64,000 nucleotides of DNA from an uncultured Gemmatimonadaceae bacterium (lineage in GTDB: Bacteria > Gemmatimonadota > Gemmatimonadetes > Gemmatimonadales > Gemmatimonadaceae). Under the pieces are notes generated by a model, which had not been told where the DNA came from, ran no database searches, and saw only the letters and a list, made by a program, of their open reading frames with translations. The position numbers were made by a program, and so were the translations under genes. Positions 1 to 11,700 of the stretch are shown in pieces. The stretch is from contig CAWAGQ010000004.1 of the NCBI GenBank assembly GCA_963781585.1, forward strand, positions 160,001 to 224,000, given 5' to 3'. The stretch's first letter is position 1. Every line of letters starts with the position of its first letter.

Positions 1-1
1 G

Positions 2-163
2 CGCGAAATCGCCCGCTACGTCTTCGGCCCCGAGGCCGGCGAGGAACGTTCGGCGCGGGACGACGACGTCATCCAGAGCGCCGTGCACCTGGCTGCAGGC
101 GCCACTTCGACCAACGAGCTTCTGGAGCGCGCCCGGCAGGAGCCGGGTGCCACCAAGAACTGA
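2..163 (+). CDS. 3' end of a gene entering from the left edge; possibly the C-terminal tail of an S41 carboxyl-terminal protease
   Basis: Open frame REIARYVFGPEAGEERSARDDDVIQSAVHLAAG...TKN* with GC3-rich codons, stop at 161-163, convergent with lolA. The family call is from resemblance only. Confidence 0.4.
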   Translation, partial: REIARYVFGPEAGEERSARDDDVIQSAVHLAAGATSTNELLERARQEPGATKN

Positions 164-178
164 GAACCCGCCGGCGAC

Positions 179-832
179 TCAGCCCTGTCCCGGCGCCGAG
201 CCGTCGACCACCCGCACTCCCTTGGGCGGCCGGAAGGTGAACGCCCCGGCACTCACGGGCACGTTCGGTGCAAACGACGTGATGCGAACGCGTCGCGTGA
301 TGCCGCTCGGCTCCTCCGCCTCGAACTGGCGCAGGGTGCCGGAAGGGTCGATCCAGACCTTGGCGTGGACGAACGCGGCGTCGCGATTCCGCGGCGTGAG
401 TGTCACCACGCGCGTGGCGTGCCCGCCCACGGTATCCGCGCCGGCATCTCCGATGACGTAACGCGTACGGGGGTTTGTGAAGAACTCGCCGATCAGATCA
501 AGCGATCCGGCGGACCCGCGCTTGAGTGGGGCGCGAATCACCTGGCCCGGCGCCGAACTCGGCAGATACAGCCAGACGTAGCGTCCGTCGGAGAGGATCA
601 GGTCGCCCTTCGGATCGTCGAAACGGAACACGAACTTGTCAGGGCGCTGCTGCTCGAAGACGCCTCGTGAGGTGAGTGTGCTCCCGGTCAGCGGATTGTC
701 GATCGACTGTTCGAACCGGGCTCGCGCGGTGCGAACGCGGGAGTAGGCCGAAACCGCCGCGTCGAGTGCGCGGTCGGCAGGTCCCTGCGCGGGGAGGGTC
801 ACCGCGAAACCGAGGGCGAGCGCGAGCATCAT
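179..832 (-). CDS. lolA: Outer-membrane lipoprotein carrier protein LolA
   Basis: Signal peptide, then ARFEQ...G.F..QRPDKF.FRF...LILSDGRYVWLY.P...QV and C-terminal FTFRPPKGVRVVD typical of LolA. Start reassigned to MMLALALG. Confidence 0.85.
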   Translation of the reverse strand: MMLALALGFAVTLPAQGPADRALDAAVSAYSRVRTARARFEQSIDNPLTGSTLTSRGVFEQQRPDKFVFRFDDPKGDLILSDGRYVWLYLPSSAPGQVIRAPLKRGSAGSLDLIGEFFTNPRTRYVIGDAGADTVGGHATRVVTLTPRNRDAAFVHAKVWIDPSGTLRQFEAEEPSGITRRVRITSFAPNVPVSAGAFTFRPPKGVRVVDGSAPGQG

Positions 833-1076
833 GGCTGCAGATTCGAGTGTGGGGAGTGGCGTCCCCTGGGCTCCCCAGGCACGCGCGCCACATCGACGCG
901 CCATACGCTGAGTAAACCCCACTATCCGCGAAGTTGCGGCATCGGGTCGCCGAAGAAGGTCGGGGCCCCGATGTGAGATCTTCCGGCCCACGCCAATCGG
1001 ACACCACTCGCGACATGCGGGGCGGCCCCGCTGCCCGCGCGAACACCCGCAGCATCCCGCGGTTGGGGCGGCGATC

Positions 1077-2129
1077 TCACCCTACCCGGACTTCGAGCAT
1101 TCCCGGCGTCTGGGCCACGGTGCGGTCAATCGCCTTCGCAATGAGGCGCAATTCGCGCATCAGGTTGGAGAACTGCTCGGGAAACAGGCTTTGGGATCCG
1201 TCCGAGAGCGCGCGATCGGGATTGGGGTGCACTTCCACCAGGATGCCGTCCGCTCCGGCAGCCACCGCGGCACGCGCCATCGGCGTCACTTTCTCCCGGA
1301 GGCCTGTCCCGTGGCTCGGATCGGCGATGATCGGCAGATGCGACAGCTTGTGTACGATGGGAATGGAGTTCAGGTCGAACATGTTGCGTGCGGCGCTGTC
1401 GAAACTCCGCACTCCGCGCTCGCACAGCACGACTTGTGAGTTGCCCTCGGCCAGGATGTATTCCGCGCTGAGCAGCAGGTCGGTGATGGTGGCAGCCATG
1501 CCGCGCTTCAGCAGCACCGGCTTGTTGATGCGCCCCACGGCCTTGAGGAGCGAGTAGTTCTGCATGTTGCGGGCACCGACCTGGATGCAGTCGGCGTATT
1601 CCGCCACCAGCTCCGCCTGCGCCTCGTCCATTGCCTCGGTAACCACCGGCAGGCCGGTCTCCCGCTTGGCGAGCGCGAGATAATCGAGTCCGCGCTTCCC
1701 GAGTCCCTGAAACGAATACGGAGAGCTGCGTGGCTTGAACGCGCCACCTCGGAGGGCCGTCGCCCCGGCGGCGCGCACCGCCCGGGCAGCGGTGACGATC
1801 TGCTGCTCCGATTCCACAGAGCACGGACCGGCAATCACGACCACGTCGGGTCCGCCAATCAGGACCCCGGGAGCGAGTGACACGACCGTCGTCTCCGGCT
1901 TCCACTCCCGAGAGACCTGCTTGTAGGGCTTGGAGACGTGAATGACTTGCGAGACACCGGGAAGGCCGAGGATGTGCGAATCGTCCACCCGTCCATCGTT
2001 GCCGACCAGGCCGATGGCCGTGCGTTGTTCGCCGGGCATGGGCGCAGCCTGGTACCCCATTTCCCGGATCACCCGACAGACCGTGTCGATTTCGGCCTGG
2101 GTGGCGCTGTGGTGCATTACGACGAGCAT
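1077..2129 (-). CDS. aroF: 3-deoxy-7-phosphoheptulonate (DAHP) synthase, type I-beta with N-terminal regulatory domain
   Basis: [46 protein letters not shown] motifs. Start MLVVM at 2129. Confidence 0.95.
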   Translation of the reverse strand: MLVVMHHSATQAEIDTVCRVIREMGYQAAPMPGEQRTAIGLVGNDGRVDDSHILGLPGVSQVIHVSKPYKQVSREWKPETTVVSLAPGVLIGGPDVVVIAGPCSVESEQQIVTAARAVRAAGATALRGGAFKPRSSPYSFQGLGKRGLDYLALAKRETGLPVVTEAMDEAQAELVAEYADCIQVGARNMQNYSLLKAVGRINKPVLLKRGMAATITDLLLSAEYILAEGNSQVVLCERGVRSFDSAARNMFDLNSIPIVHKLSHLPIIADPSHGTGLREKVTPMARAAVAAGADGILVEVHPNPDRALSDGSQSLFPEQFSNLMRELRLIAKAIDRTVAQTPGMLEVRVG

Positions 2130-2896
2130 TACGTTGCCTCGATCGGCATCGACCACCCGTCCTCGCACAGCGCGATCCGGCCGCCGAACGACTCGGCGAT
2201 CTGCGAAGCGATCGCCTCGCGCTCGACGGGTGGATAGAAGTGAGTGAGCGCGAGCAGTCCAGGGCGCGCCGTTGCCGCGATGGCCCCACACTGCCGAGGG
2301 GTGAGATGAAGGGGAAGCGACAGCGAGTCCGGCAACGAGCACTCGCACAGCAGTATACCGCACCCATTCGCCCACGCCCCGAGGTCGGCATCGAAGCCCG
2401 TGTCGCCGGTTATGACAACGCGACGACCCTGTCCGGACAGGGAATATGCCACACTCTCATCCGTGTGCGGAACCTTTCGGGAGGTGAGCAGCAGCTCGTC
2501 CCCCAGCATCCACTCTTCTCCGGCGGCCAGCTCGACCGCGGTGATGGCCGGTGGAGGATCGAGCAGGCCGGCCCCGAAGGCGTCCACCATCCCCGTGAGC
2601 CGTGCGGCGAGGCCGGCTGGTCCAATGATCTGGACCGGGTCGGACCGGGGCTGGCTCAGGCCGTATCGCCACGCGTACAGCAGGTTTGCCAGGTCGGTGG
2701 TGTGGTCGGCGTGAAAATGGGTGAGCGCCACGTGGGTGATCTGGTCCCACCGCAATCCCAACTGCGCCATGCGGAACACGACGCCGGCGCCGCAATCGAC
2801 CAGGACCTTCACCCGGTCACCCTCCACCAGCGCGCCGCTCTGCACCCGGCGCGGATGGGGGGCGGCGGTACCGGTCCCGACGGTGACCAGCCGCAT
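2129..2896 (-). CDS. Metallo-beta-lactamase fold hydrolase, RNase Z/BN-like
   Basis: [36 protein letters not shown]. Start MRLVTVG overlaps the upstream stop. Confidence 0.85.
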   Translation of the reverse strand: MRLVTVGTGTAAPHPRRVQSGALVEGDRVKVLVDCGAGVVFRMAQLGLRWDQITHVALTHFHADHTTDLANLLYAWRYGLSQPRSDPVQIIGPAGLAARLTGMVDAFGAGLLDPPPAITAVELAAGEEWMLGDELLLTSRKVPHTDESVAYSLSGQGRRVVITGDTGFDADLGAWANGCGILLCECSLPDSLSLPLHLTPRQCGAIAATARPGLLALTHFYPPVEREAIASQIAESFGGRIALCEDGWSMPIEAT

Positions 2897-3399
2897 CAGC
2901 GTCCCCGGAACGCGATTTTCTTGGTACCGTGAAACGACTCGGTGGTGAGTCGGAGCAGGTACACGCCGGTGGTGACATATCGGCCGTCGTTGCCGCGCCC
3001 GTCCCAGCTGAAGCGGGGGTCGCACCCCTGGCCAGGTCCCAGACTGCCGCGGCCGAATTGACCGGCGGGGAAGGCGTCGGACAGGAGTGCGCTCGGCACC
3101 AACGTGCGGATCAGATTGCCACGGATGTCGTAGATGGAGAGTCGCACGTGCGACGGTCTGTCCAGATCGAACCAGATGCAGGTGATCGTGGACGACGCCG
3201 TGGGAAACGGGTTGGGGAAGTTCTGATACAGAATCGTCAGCTTCGGCGCGTTGGAACCCTGGTGGCTCGGCCCGCGCGCTGGCAGGCGCAACTCGCGGCG
3301 CGCGCTCCACGCGGGCGCCGGAGCGTCGCTTCGTGGCGGGACCGAGGCAAGCGTCCCGGCCAACCCCAGGGTAGCGAGTCGCCGGCCCACGCCGATCAC
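2896..3399 (-). CDS. Small secreted protein consisting mainly of a FlgD-Ig / T9SS C-terminal-sorting-like domain
   Basis: Signal-like N-terminus, LYQNFPNPF...VRLSIYDIRGNLIRTL...WDGRGNDGRYVTTGVYLLRL...TKKI. Confidence 0.75.
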   Translation of the reverse strand: MIGVGRRLATLGLAGTLASVPPRSDAPAPAWSARRELRLPARGPSHQGSNAPKLTILYQNFPNPFPTASSTITCIWFDLDRPSHVRLSIYDIRGNLIRTLVPSALLSDAFPAGQFGRGSLGPGQGCDPRFSWDGRGNDGRYVTTGVYLLRLTTESFHGTKKIAFRGR

Positions 3400-6300
3400 A
3401 GCGGAAGCGCGACCTCTTCGTTGCTGGGGGCCGCGGCCAGCTCCCGGTCCTCAATGGCGTCGTCCGGCTCAGACTCATCCACCGGCGACCCACGCATCCG
3501 GACACTCACGACCGACGACACCCCCGGGTCCTGCATGGTGATGCCGTAGACTGCATCCGCCGCCTCGGTGGTCGTGCGCGGGTTATGCGTGATCACGATG
3601 AACTGGGTCTTCTGCTTGAACTCATTCAGCATGCGCACGAAGCGTCCGATGTTGGCGTCATCCAGTGGCGCGTCGACCTCGTCGAGCAGACAGAACGGAC
3701 TCGGCTTGGTGAGGAAGATGCCGAACAACAGAGACAGCGCTACCAGCGCACGTTCTCCACTCGAGAGCAGGTGAATCCGCTGTGTGCGTTTGCCGCGCGG
3801 GGACGCATGGATCTCGATATCGCAGTCGAGCGGCGCCTCGGGGTTCTCGAGGCGGAGGTCGCACTCGCCGCCGCCGAACAGCGTCATGAAGATCCGATGA
3901 AAATTCTCGCGGACCTGCGTGAAGGTGGAGAGGAAGAGCTCACGCGCCGTGGTGTCGATCTCCCGTATGACCTGTTGGAGCGAGTTCCTGGCGTCATGAA
4001 GGTCGGCGCGCTGCGTGGTGAGGAATTCGAGGCGCTTGAGCTCTTCATCGTGTTCCTCGATTGCCATCGGGTTCACGGGGCCGAGCGCTTCCAGCTGCTG
4101 CCGGAGGGTTTCCGCCTCGACGCGCAGGGCATCTTCCTCCACGTCTAGCGGCTCCACCGCCGCGAGCATATCGTCGAGGGAGCGCTTCCATTCCGTCTCG
4201 AGGCGCTCGCGAATGGCGGCGCGTCGACCGGCGAGCTCAGTATATCGCAGCTCGGCGTGATGGAGGTTGTCCGCGCGCTCCTGCGACTGACGACGTGCTC
4301 CGTCCAGCTCGTGATCGGCGGCGGCGAGGGCGGCGTCCGCGTCGGCCACGCTCTGTTCGGCGGCCGTGAGCCGAGCCTCGGCGTCGGTCTGTGTGGCGGA
4401 ACGGGCGGCCAGGTCGGCCTGCCACGCCGCCATCTGCTCGGCCAACTCGCGTCCAGCATCGTCGAGCGAGACCAACTCCTGTTCCAGGGTGTCGAGTCGT
4501 CGCGAAGCCGAGACGCGGTCTTCCTCCACCCGGTGTTCCCGGTCGCCTGCCACTTGCAGTCGCGCCTGCACCTGGGCAACCGTCACTTGGGCTGCGGTCC
4601 GCTCCTCGCGCGCCGAATCCGCGCGTTCCTCGGCCTCGGTGAGGCCCTGCCGCATGGCGACAACCCGTTCATCTTGTTCGCCGAGGACGTAGACGAGCTC
4701 CGCGAGCCTGACATCCGAGTCGCGGCGGAGCGCAGTCAGCTCCTCCGTGCGGGTGGTCATGCGGGTGGCCAGCGTCAGGGCGTCATGGAGGTCGCGCTCG
4801 CTGCGCGCGGTACGACGCTCCAGGTCGGCCAGGGCTTCGGCGGTGGCGCGTTCACCCTCTACGGCCTCGCTGGCCTGGTCCACGCGGCGAGCGACATCGC
4901 TTTCCGCGGCGAGGAAGGCGCTGCGCGCCTCGTCGGCGGCGCGTGAGGCGGCGGCACGCGCCGCCTCGGCGTCCGCCAGCTCGGCACGCAGCGCGAAGAG
5001 TTCGGCTCGCCTCCGGAGCGGTCCCGGTCCGGCGGTGGAACCCGGAAGCCACACGGCGCCGCGGGCGTCAATGAAGGCGCCGTCATGCAGTGTCCGCACG
5101 CGCTCCAGGAACACGCGGATCCAGCCCTGTGCCTCGGGTGCCGCGTCGATTCCGGCGAGCAGATCCCCCTCAGGGCTTCCGGTGTCGATCGGGACACTGT
5201 CGAGCGGAAGCAGGAGAAGGGGACCCGGGTTCACGCTCGCGTGCCAGGCCCGGATCGTGTCCGCGGCGGCGCGGTCACGGACGATCACGGCGTGCACCGA
5301 CATTCCGAGGAAGCGTTCGACTGCCGCGGCCGAGGTGGTGGATGCGGTGAGGTAGTCCGACAGCGGGCCGAGCACCGCGCCGTCGCCAAAGCGGTCGCGC
5401 TCGCGCAACAGCCGGACCGCCGCCGGAGCCAGTCCCACGCGCTCGCGTTCCAGGCTCTCGAGCCCCTGCACGCGTCCCTGCAGCGCTGTATATCGCCCCT
5501 CCGTCTCCGCGAACTCTGTACGCGCGATGACGTCATGGTCCTGGGCCAGCCGGGCTGTTGCCCGGGCCTGGTCGAGTTGCCGCGCCGCGCCCTCGACCGC
5601 GCGTCGCGCCACGTCCTGCTCGGCGCGCGCGCCGTCCAGTTCGCGCCCCAGCGCCTGGGCAGTCTCGGCGATCGCGTCGCGTTCCGAGTGGAGCTTTCTC
5701 GCTCGTGATTCGAGCTCGAGAAGCTCGCGGTCGGTGCTGTCGCGCTGGAGCTCCAACTCCCGTACGCGGTCACGTAATGCGCGAAGGGTCTGCTCCGTCT
5801 CCTCAAGCATGCTCCGCGCTTCGTGAACCGCGGCGCGTGCGGTCGCTTCGTCGGCCGTGCACGCCCGGAGCCGTTCCTCGGCGCCCGCCATCTCGCGCGC
5901 GCGCGCGGCGCGTTCTTCGCCGGCTCGCGCCAGCTCGCCTTCCAGGCGGGCGCGTGCCGAGTGTCCTTCGTGGCGTTCATCCGCAGCGCGCTGGCGCCGC
6001 TGCAGAGTGTTGCGATGGCGCTCTTCGGACACCGCGATGCTGGCGCGGAGGGTCTGGACGCTGTCGCGGAGGGACGCGACCTGGTGCGCCATCTCGTTGC
6101 GATGTGCTTCGGCGGCCGCACGCCGGTCGTGGGCGTCGTCGCGCGCACGTTCGGCTTCGCGCACCGCCCGCTCGAGCGCCGGCACCGATTCGCGCAGCCC
6201 CTTGACCTGCGCCTCCAGCTCCTGGAGCTCGTCGCGCCAGGACTGCATGTCGCGGGCTGCGAGCGTGAGTTCGACGACGAAACGTCGTGCCGTCAGGTCC

Positions 6301-6947
6301 TTGTGGCGTTCGGCGCGCTTGCGTTGGCGGGCCAGGGACCGCACTTGGCTCTGGACCTCGTTGATCAGGTCATCGAGCCGGGCGATGTCGTGGGCCGTCT
6401 CCTCGAGACGCCGCTCGGTGCTGCGACGTCGCTCGCGGTAGAGGCCCACGCCGGCCGCTTCCTCGAACAGCTCGCGCCGTTCGTCCGGGCGATCTGACAG
6501 GAGTGCGTCGATCATGCGCTGCTCGATGACCACGCCGGAATCGGCGCCCAGGCCAGTGCCGCGCACGAGATCGTGGATGTCACGCAGCCGGCAGGGGGCG
6601 CCGTTGAGGAGGTAGTCGCTCTCGCCCGAGCGGGACAACCGGCGCGTGACCACCACCTCGCGGAACGGCACCGGGAGCCCACCGCTGCTGTTTTCGAAGA
6701 CGAGCGACACCTCCGCCACGTTCACCGCGCGTCGTGCCGAGGACCCCTGGAAGATCACCTCTTCCATCTTGGCGCCGCGGAGTATGCGCGCTCGCTGTTC
6801 GCCCAGCACCCAGCGCACCGCATCGGACACGTTCGACTTTCCGCACCCGTTAGGTCCGACGATGGCGGTGACGCCCTGGTCGAAGAGCATCACGGTCGGG
6901 TCGGCGAACGACTTGAAGCCCAGCATCTCGAGCTTGGTCAGACGCAC
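3396..6947 (-). CDS. smc: Chromosome segregation protein SMC
   Basis: GFKSF, Walker A GPNGCGKSN, long coiled coils with a central hinge, LGPVN, signature LSSGE, Walker B LLDEVDAPLD. Confidence 0.97.
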   Translation of the reverse strand: MRLTKLEMLGFKSFADPTVMLFDQGVTAIVGPNGCGKSNVSDAVRWVLGEQRARILRGAKMEEVIFQGSSARRAVNVAEVSLVFENSSGGLPVPFREVVVTRRLSRSGESDYLLNGAPCRLRDIHDLVRGTGLGADSGVVIEQRMIDALLSDRPDERRELFEEAAGVGLYRERRRSTERRLEETAHDIARLDDLINEVQSQVRSLARQRKRAERHKDLTARRFVVELTLAARDMQSWRDELQELEAQVKGLRESVPALERAVREAERARDDAHDRRAAAEAHRNEMAHQVASLRDSVQTLRASIAVSEERHRNTLQRRQRAADERHEGHSARARLEGELARAGEERAARAREMAGAEERLRACTADEATARAAVHEARSMLEETEQTLRALRDRVRELELQRDSTDRELLELESRARKLHSERDAIAETAQALGRELDGARAEQDVARRAVEGAARQLDQARATARLAQDHDVIARTEFAETEGRYTALQGRVQGLESLERERVGLAPAAVRLLRERDRFGDGAVLGPLSDYLTASTTSAAAVERFLGMSVHAVIVRDRAAADTIRAWHASVNPGPLLLLPLDSVPIDTGSPEGDLLAGIDAAPEAQGWIRVFLERVRTLHDGAFIDARGAVWLPGSTAGPGPLRRRAELFALRAELADAEAARAAASRAADEARSAFLAAESDVARRVDQASEAVEGERATAEALADLERRTARSERDLHDALTLATRMTTRTEELTALRRDSDVRLAELVYVLGEQDERVVAMRQGLTEAEERADSAREERTAAQVTVAQVQARLQVAGDREHRVEEDRVSASRRLDTLEQELVSLDDAGRELAEQMAAWQADLAARSATQTDAEARLTAAEQSVADADAALAAADHELDGARRQSQERADNLHHAELRYTELAGRRAAIRERLETEWKRSLDDMLAAVEPLDVEEDALRVEAETLRQQLEALGPVNPMAIEEHDEELKRLEFLTTQRADLHDARNSLQQVIREIDTTARELFLSTFTQVRENFHRIFMTLFGGGECDLRLENPEAPLDCDIEIHASPRGKRTQRIHLLSSGERALVALSLLFGIFLTKPSPFCLLDEVDAPLDDANIGRFVRMLNEFKQKTQFIVITHNPRTTTEAADAVYGITMQDPGVSSVVSVRMRGSPVDESEPDDAIEDRELAAAPSNEEVALPL

Positions 6948-7176
6948 GGCTCGCACACTCCCGACTCTCCCGGCAAGAGTCGCGTGGGTGTCCAGACGCA
7001 GATGAGGGACGCGCGGAGTCGCGTCGCTCCGATTTCAGGAGTTGTAGGACAGTATTGTGTCGCGACGAAGGAATCTACTGCCTGACGAATGTCGATTCGC
7101 GACGCCGCGGCACGGCTGCCCGTCGGCATCCGGTGCGCCGCGAGGCAAGCTGCGGGACCACTCCGCGAGCGGGCGC

Positions 7177-8676
7177 TCAGGGCGGTCCCTCGAAGACCCA
7201 GAACGAGTGCCCCGACGCGCGTCCCACGCGCTCGGCGTCGGGGCGCGTGGGGTAGGGTCCGAGCACCACCCGATAAATGCGCACGCCTTCGGTCACGGTC
7301 ACCACCACCCGCGCCGAACGGCCGTCCGCACTGATCTGGCGCGCCAGTTCCTGCGCGCGCGCCTCGGAGAGAACCGCGGCGAACGAAACCGTCCACGCGA
7401 CACGCGCTGGCGGCGCGTGAACAACGCTGTCGGTCGGACCGCGGCTGAGTGCTTTCGTCGCCGTGGAGTCGACACGCCGCACTCGCGCCGGCGTGGTGGT
7501 CTCGGCCACCTCCGCGGCGGGGATGCGCAACGTCGTGGTGCTCTCCTCCTGGAAGACGACCGGTTGATCCAGTCCCTTGGCGCGAGGCCGGAACCCGTTC
7601 CAGAACACGAAATGCCAGATGTCCTTCGCGCCATCCTTCACGATCACGCGCGGCCGCTGCTCGCCGGCGGCCGTGAAATTCACGCTCCCGTCGGCCACGG
7701 TGGCAATCAGCCCATCAACCGCGACCGTCGGCAGATCCTCACGCCACTCGGTGCGCACGGTGCCAGCGAGGGCATTGGTGGCGAGCGACACGACCCACGC
7801 CGAGTCGCCCTGCAGCGGGCGAAGAAGTACCAGGCGACCGAGGGGATCGATCCGGATGTCCCGGACCTGCCCCGGCAGAGGGATGGACTCCTGCCGTTGA
7901 TTGCTGAAGCGGTCGAGGACCGCCAGCTGCGCGCTCCCACGAGTGGCGACGAAGATCCGATCGCCGCTTGGCGTGGCCGCGAGGGCGACGAGGTCGGCCG
8001 CGAATCGGGTGCGCGAAAGCGATTTCAAGGTCTGGCCACCGAGCGACAGCAGCTCCTGGTGGACGGCGAAAAACAACCGATCACCCAATGGTCCCATGAT
8101 CGCGTGCTGTGGACCGGGAACGCTGGCGGAATCGGTGAATGCCGATTCCGGAGGATGCAGTCGCACCAGGTGCGTCGACCCGCGCTGATCGACGAGCAGC
8201 ACCAGTGATCCATCCGGCAGCGGGAAGAGCCGGAGAATGCGTCCCTTGATTGGTACCGACCAGTCGCCGCTCGGAGTCAGGCGCTGGACCGCTGAATCGC
8301 CGCGAATGCCGTAAATGGCCCACCCGTCATTCGACGCGACGTCGCTGAGGCGCGTCCGCGTGGCCTGGACCACGTCTCCCAGACGCAGGTCGATCCAGCC
8401 GGGGAGTCCGTTGCGATCGAGATAAACGAGCGCGCCGTTCTCCTCGTCGAACGCGAGAATGCCCGCCAGCGGAGGCGCCGCCCGCGAGGACTTCCAGACC
8501 AGGGAGTCGAGTCGCGGATAGCGGTATGCGCGCACCAGGCCCCCCGCCCGCGCGATGCGAAGGACGATCGGATCCGGCCCCGACGCCGCGGGGGCGGATC
8601 GCATTCTCCCACCTTGCGGTCCCTCCGGCGCACACGAGAGCAGGAGGGCCAACGCGACAGGTTGCCAACGCCTCAC
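7177..8676 (-). CDS. SPOR-domain lipoprotein with N-terminal beta-propeller-like region
   Basis: Lipobox LLSC. C-terminal WTVSFAAVLSEARA...YRVVLGPYPTRPDAE is SPOR-like. Confidence 0.8.
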   Translation of the reverse strand: MRRWQPVALALLLSCAPEGPQGGRMRSAPAASGPDPIVLRIARAGGLVRAYRYPRLDSLVWKSSRAAPPLAGILAFDEENGALVYLDRNGLPGWIDLRLGDVVQATRTRLSDVASNDGWAIYGIRGDSAVQRLTPSGDWSVPIKGRILRLFPLPDGSLVLLVDQRGSTHLVRLHPPESAFTDSASVPGPQHAIMGPLGDRLFFAVHQELLSLGGQTLKSLSRTRFAADLVALAATPSGDRIFVATRGSAQLAVLDRFSNQRQESIPLPGQVRDIRIDPLGRLVLLRPLQGDSAWVVSLATNALAGTVRTEWREDLPTVAVDGLIATVADGSVNFTAAGEQRPRVIVKDGAKDIWHFVFWNGFRPRAKGLDQPVVFQEESTTTLRIPAAEVAETTTPARVRRVDSTATKALSRGPTDSVVHAPPARVAWTVSFAAVLSEARAQELARQISADGRSARVVVTVTEGVRIYRVVLGPYPTRPDAERVGRASGHSFWVFEGPP

Positions 8677-8798
8677 GGATCCAAGTTAGGCAGGGGTCGG
8701 TGCGGATGGGAGTCGCGAGACAACCGTTGCCACCTGTGCAAAGGGCGCCGATTCCCGTCGGCGCCCTTTGCGTTCATCCCGGCACGCAAGCCCGCTCG

Positions 8799-11700
8799 CT
8801 AGAAGCTCGGCCCCACCGTCCACACCCAGTAGCCCTTCCGACCCGGGCGGTCGAGTGGGATGGCGTAGTCCCAGCGCAGGAGCGCGAGGTTGAACAGGTT
8901 GAGCCGGATTCCCATTCCGTAACTGCGCAGCGGGTAGCGCATGTCGTTCTGGTTGTAGTCGGCGGGCTTGCGCAGCGAAATGCTCTGCCCGCTGGTCCAC
9001 GCCATGCCGGCGTCATAGAAGAACAAGCCGTCCACCGGGGGCAGGGAAAGGGGAATCACGCCCAGGTCGAAGCGGCGTACCAGCGGAAAGCGCAGCTCGA
9101 CGCTTGCCAGGGCAAACCGGCTGCCGAGCAATTCGGTGGCGGAACAGCTGGACGTGTCGTTGATCAGGCCGCCGCAGAGCTGCGACGTGAACTGCTGGTG
9201 ATCGTACCCACGCATGAAGTCTGCCCGGCCGATGTACTTCGGGAACTGCGTCTCGTCGCGGCCGACCGAGAGGTCGGCTTGCGCGCGCCAGGCGAGCGTC
9301 AGGAAGTTGAAGAGGATCGGCACGTACTTCCGATAATCGGCCGAGTACTGGATCCAGCGAAGCCCACCCACGGTCGGCTCGATCTGGAATCGGTACCGCC
9401 GTCCCGCGATAGGGCCGGTGTAGCCAAAGAGCGTGTTGTCGGATACATAGGCCAGATACGGGGCAATGAAGTTCAGTCCCCGCGACTTGAGCACGCTGTC
9501 GACCTGGTACGGCGTCGAGGCGCCGGAGATGGCGTCGAATTGCCTCCCGATGAACTGGGTCGAGATCGACACGTTGTTCACGGTGGCGCCGCTCTCAACC
9601 CGCGTGAACCGATTCTTGGGTCGCATCGCGATCGCGAATGCCTGCCGCATCACGTACGTGGAGATCGCGAATTCCTCGTTGTACACGGACGACCCGTCAC
9701 CGAGCGGGTACGCGTTGTGGTAGTCCACGATGTAGTAGGGTACCTGCGAGAGTCCGGTTGTGTACTGCACCCGGTTCCCGAGATTCGTGTAGCCGGCGTA
9801 GAACAACGCCTCGCTGAGGCGGCCGTTCACCTGGCCTTCCAGGACAAGCTGGTTGTTGCCGAGGAGATCGCTGAGCAGGATCCCCGCCCCCCCCGCCAGT
9901 CCCCGCCCGTAGGTGTTCTGCGTGTATCCGATGCTGGGACGGGCAACCGCCTCCGGCTGGAAGGCGACCTTGTAGTCGTACTCCTTGAACGTAGTCGTGT
10001 CGGGGAGGGCGAGATCGGCGCTATCGAGCAATTGCGCGACGCTCACGGGCGCGACGCCGGAGCGTTCAGCCGCCGACGGGGCTTCGTCCGACGGCCTAAT
10101 CCCGGTAGACGACCGGTACACCGAGATCTGCTGGCTGGAGTCACCGCGGGTGGAATCGGCGGCCCGGGTGGCGGTTTCGATCGCCCGAAGCATCTCGGCG
10201 GCGCGAGCGGCCTGGGCCGCCTTCACATCGGCCTCGCGAGGGCTCTTCGCCGCGGCGATGACCTGGGCGGGCTGCGGCTTGGGGCGATACGGGTCCTTTT
10301 TCAGGTGTCGCGGATTTTTCACCATCCAGATGGTGTAGTCTCCGTTTTCGTAGTAGGTGAACGCGAGCTTGTCCGCGCGATGTGCCCAGGTGATGGCGGG
10401 GCTGTATTCCGTGAACGCGCTCACGGCGCCGATCACGTTCGTCAACTGGTAGTGCTGTTTGGTGTCGAGGTCGTACAGAAAGATGTTGGCGATGCCGGTG
10501 CGATCGGAGATGTACGCGATCGACTTCCCGTCAGGCGCCCACTGCGGGTTCAGGTTCAGGCCGCCCTGGCCTGGCAACACCGACACGGTGCCCGACTGCA
10601 GGTCGTAGGTGGCGATGTGCCACGGCGCGAGGCGCAGCAGGTCCAGGTCGGTATCTCCCCCGCGCTCGGTCGCGAACGCGATCGTGCGTCCATCCGGGGA
10701 CCACGCGGGTTGCTCGTCACCGTACTTGTCGTTGAGGATCTGGCGTGCCTTGCCGGTTTCGCAGTCGACGATGAAGAGGTCGGTGATCCCGGTGCTCGTG
10801 CCGCTCACCACGATCTGTTTGCCGTCAGGGCTCCACGCGGGTGATGTCACCCACTCCAGTCCGAGGTCGTAACGTTTGATGTTGCTCCGATGCTGGATCT
10901 CCATGACGTACAGGACGTCGCGGCCGTCCCGCTGTGCGGTGAACGCGAGATACTTCCCATCGGGCGAGAACGCGCTCTGCGAATAGAGCAGGCGCAGCTC
11001 CTCGAAATCGGCTGAGGTGGTGGATTTCACCAGCCGCGCGATACGCTTGCCCGTCTCGGCGTCTCCCAGCCACAGGTCCGGAAAGACCTCGCCGCGCAGC
11101 CAGCTTCCCTGTGCGATGAAGGTGATGAGCTTCCCGTCGGGCGACAGCGCCGGCGCGACGAAGATCTGGGCGAACCCGCCCGAGCGGCGCTGATTGAGCA
11201 GGGGCTCGGCGAACTTGCGGGCCCGCTCCAGGTCGGCTACCTGCGGCAGGTGCTTGACCTGCATGGCTTCGCGCCATTCGTCGCTCAACTCCTCGAGCGT
11301 GAGCCCGAGCTCCCGTTTGAAGGCGCGTTCGACCCCCACGTTGGGGACGGAGTTCATGATCTCGCCGATGACGTCGTCGCCCCACCGCTCTCCCACGTAC
11401 TCCCAGAGTGCCTCGCCGTAGCGATACGGGAAGTAATCCTGGGGATCGGTGGTCATCTGCTGGATTGTGGGAAGGTGGCCGTTCAGCGCGGCGTCGCGGA
11501 CCCATGCCTGCGTGAGAACGTGTCCAGGTCCGAGCGACAGGTATTCGGCCATGCCTTCCATGAACCAGAGCGGCGGCTCGAGCTGCGCCAGCGTCTGCAG
11601 GCCGTTGCCGGCCCGGCCGCGGGCGAAGATGTCATACTGGAACGCGTGCACCATCTCGTGCGTGAGCACGTGTTCGAAGCTCTTGTAGTCGCCAGTGAAG

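Noticed and set aside
3396..6947. SMC as part of a Wadjet/MksBEF or SbcCD system; LSSGE signature as inactivating
   Set aside because: It is a canonical hinge-containing SMC with intact Walker A/B and no jet/mks/sbcD neighbours. A single G-to-S change is not enough to infer loss of function.
8526..10844. Long antisense ORFs (this 772-aa one, also 32741-34741, 54788-56668, 37299-38951, 45916-47556, 30959-32629)
   Set aside because: Shadow frames opposite well-supported genes. They are expected at this GC content and codon bias and contain no recognisable motifs.
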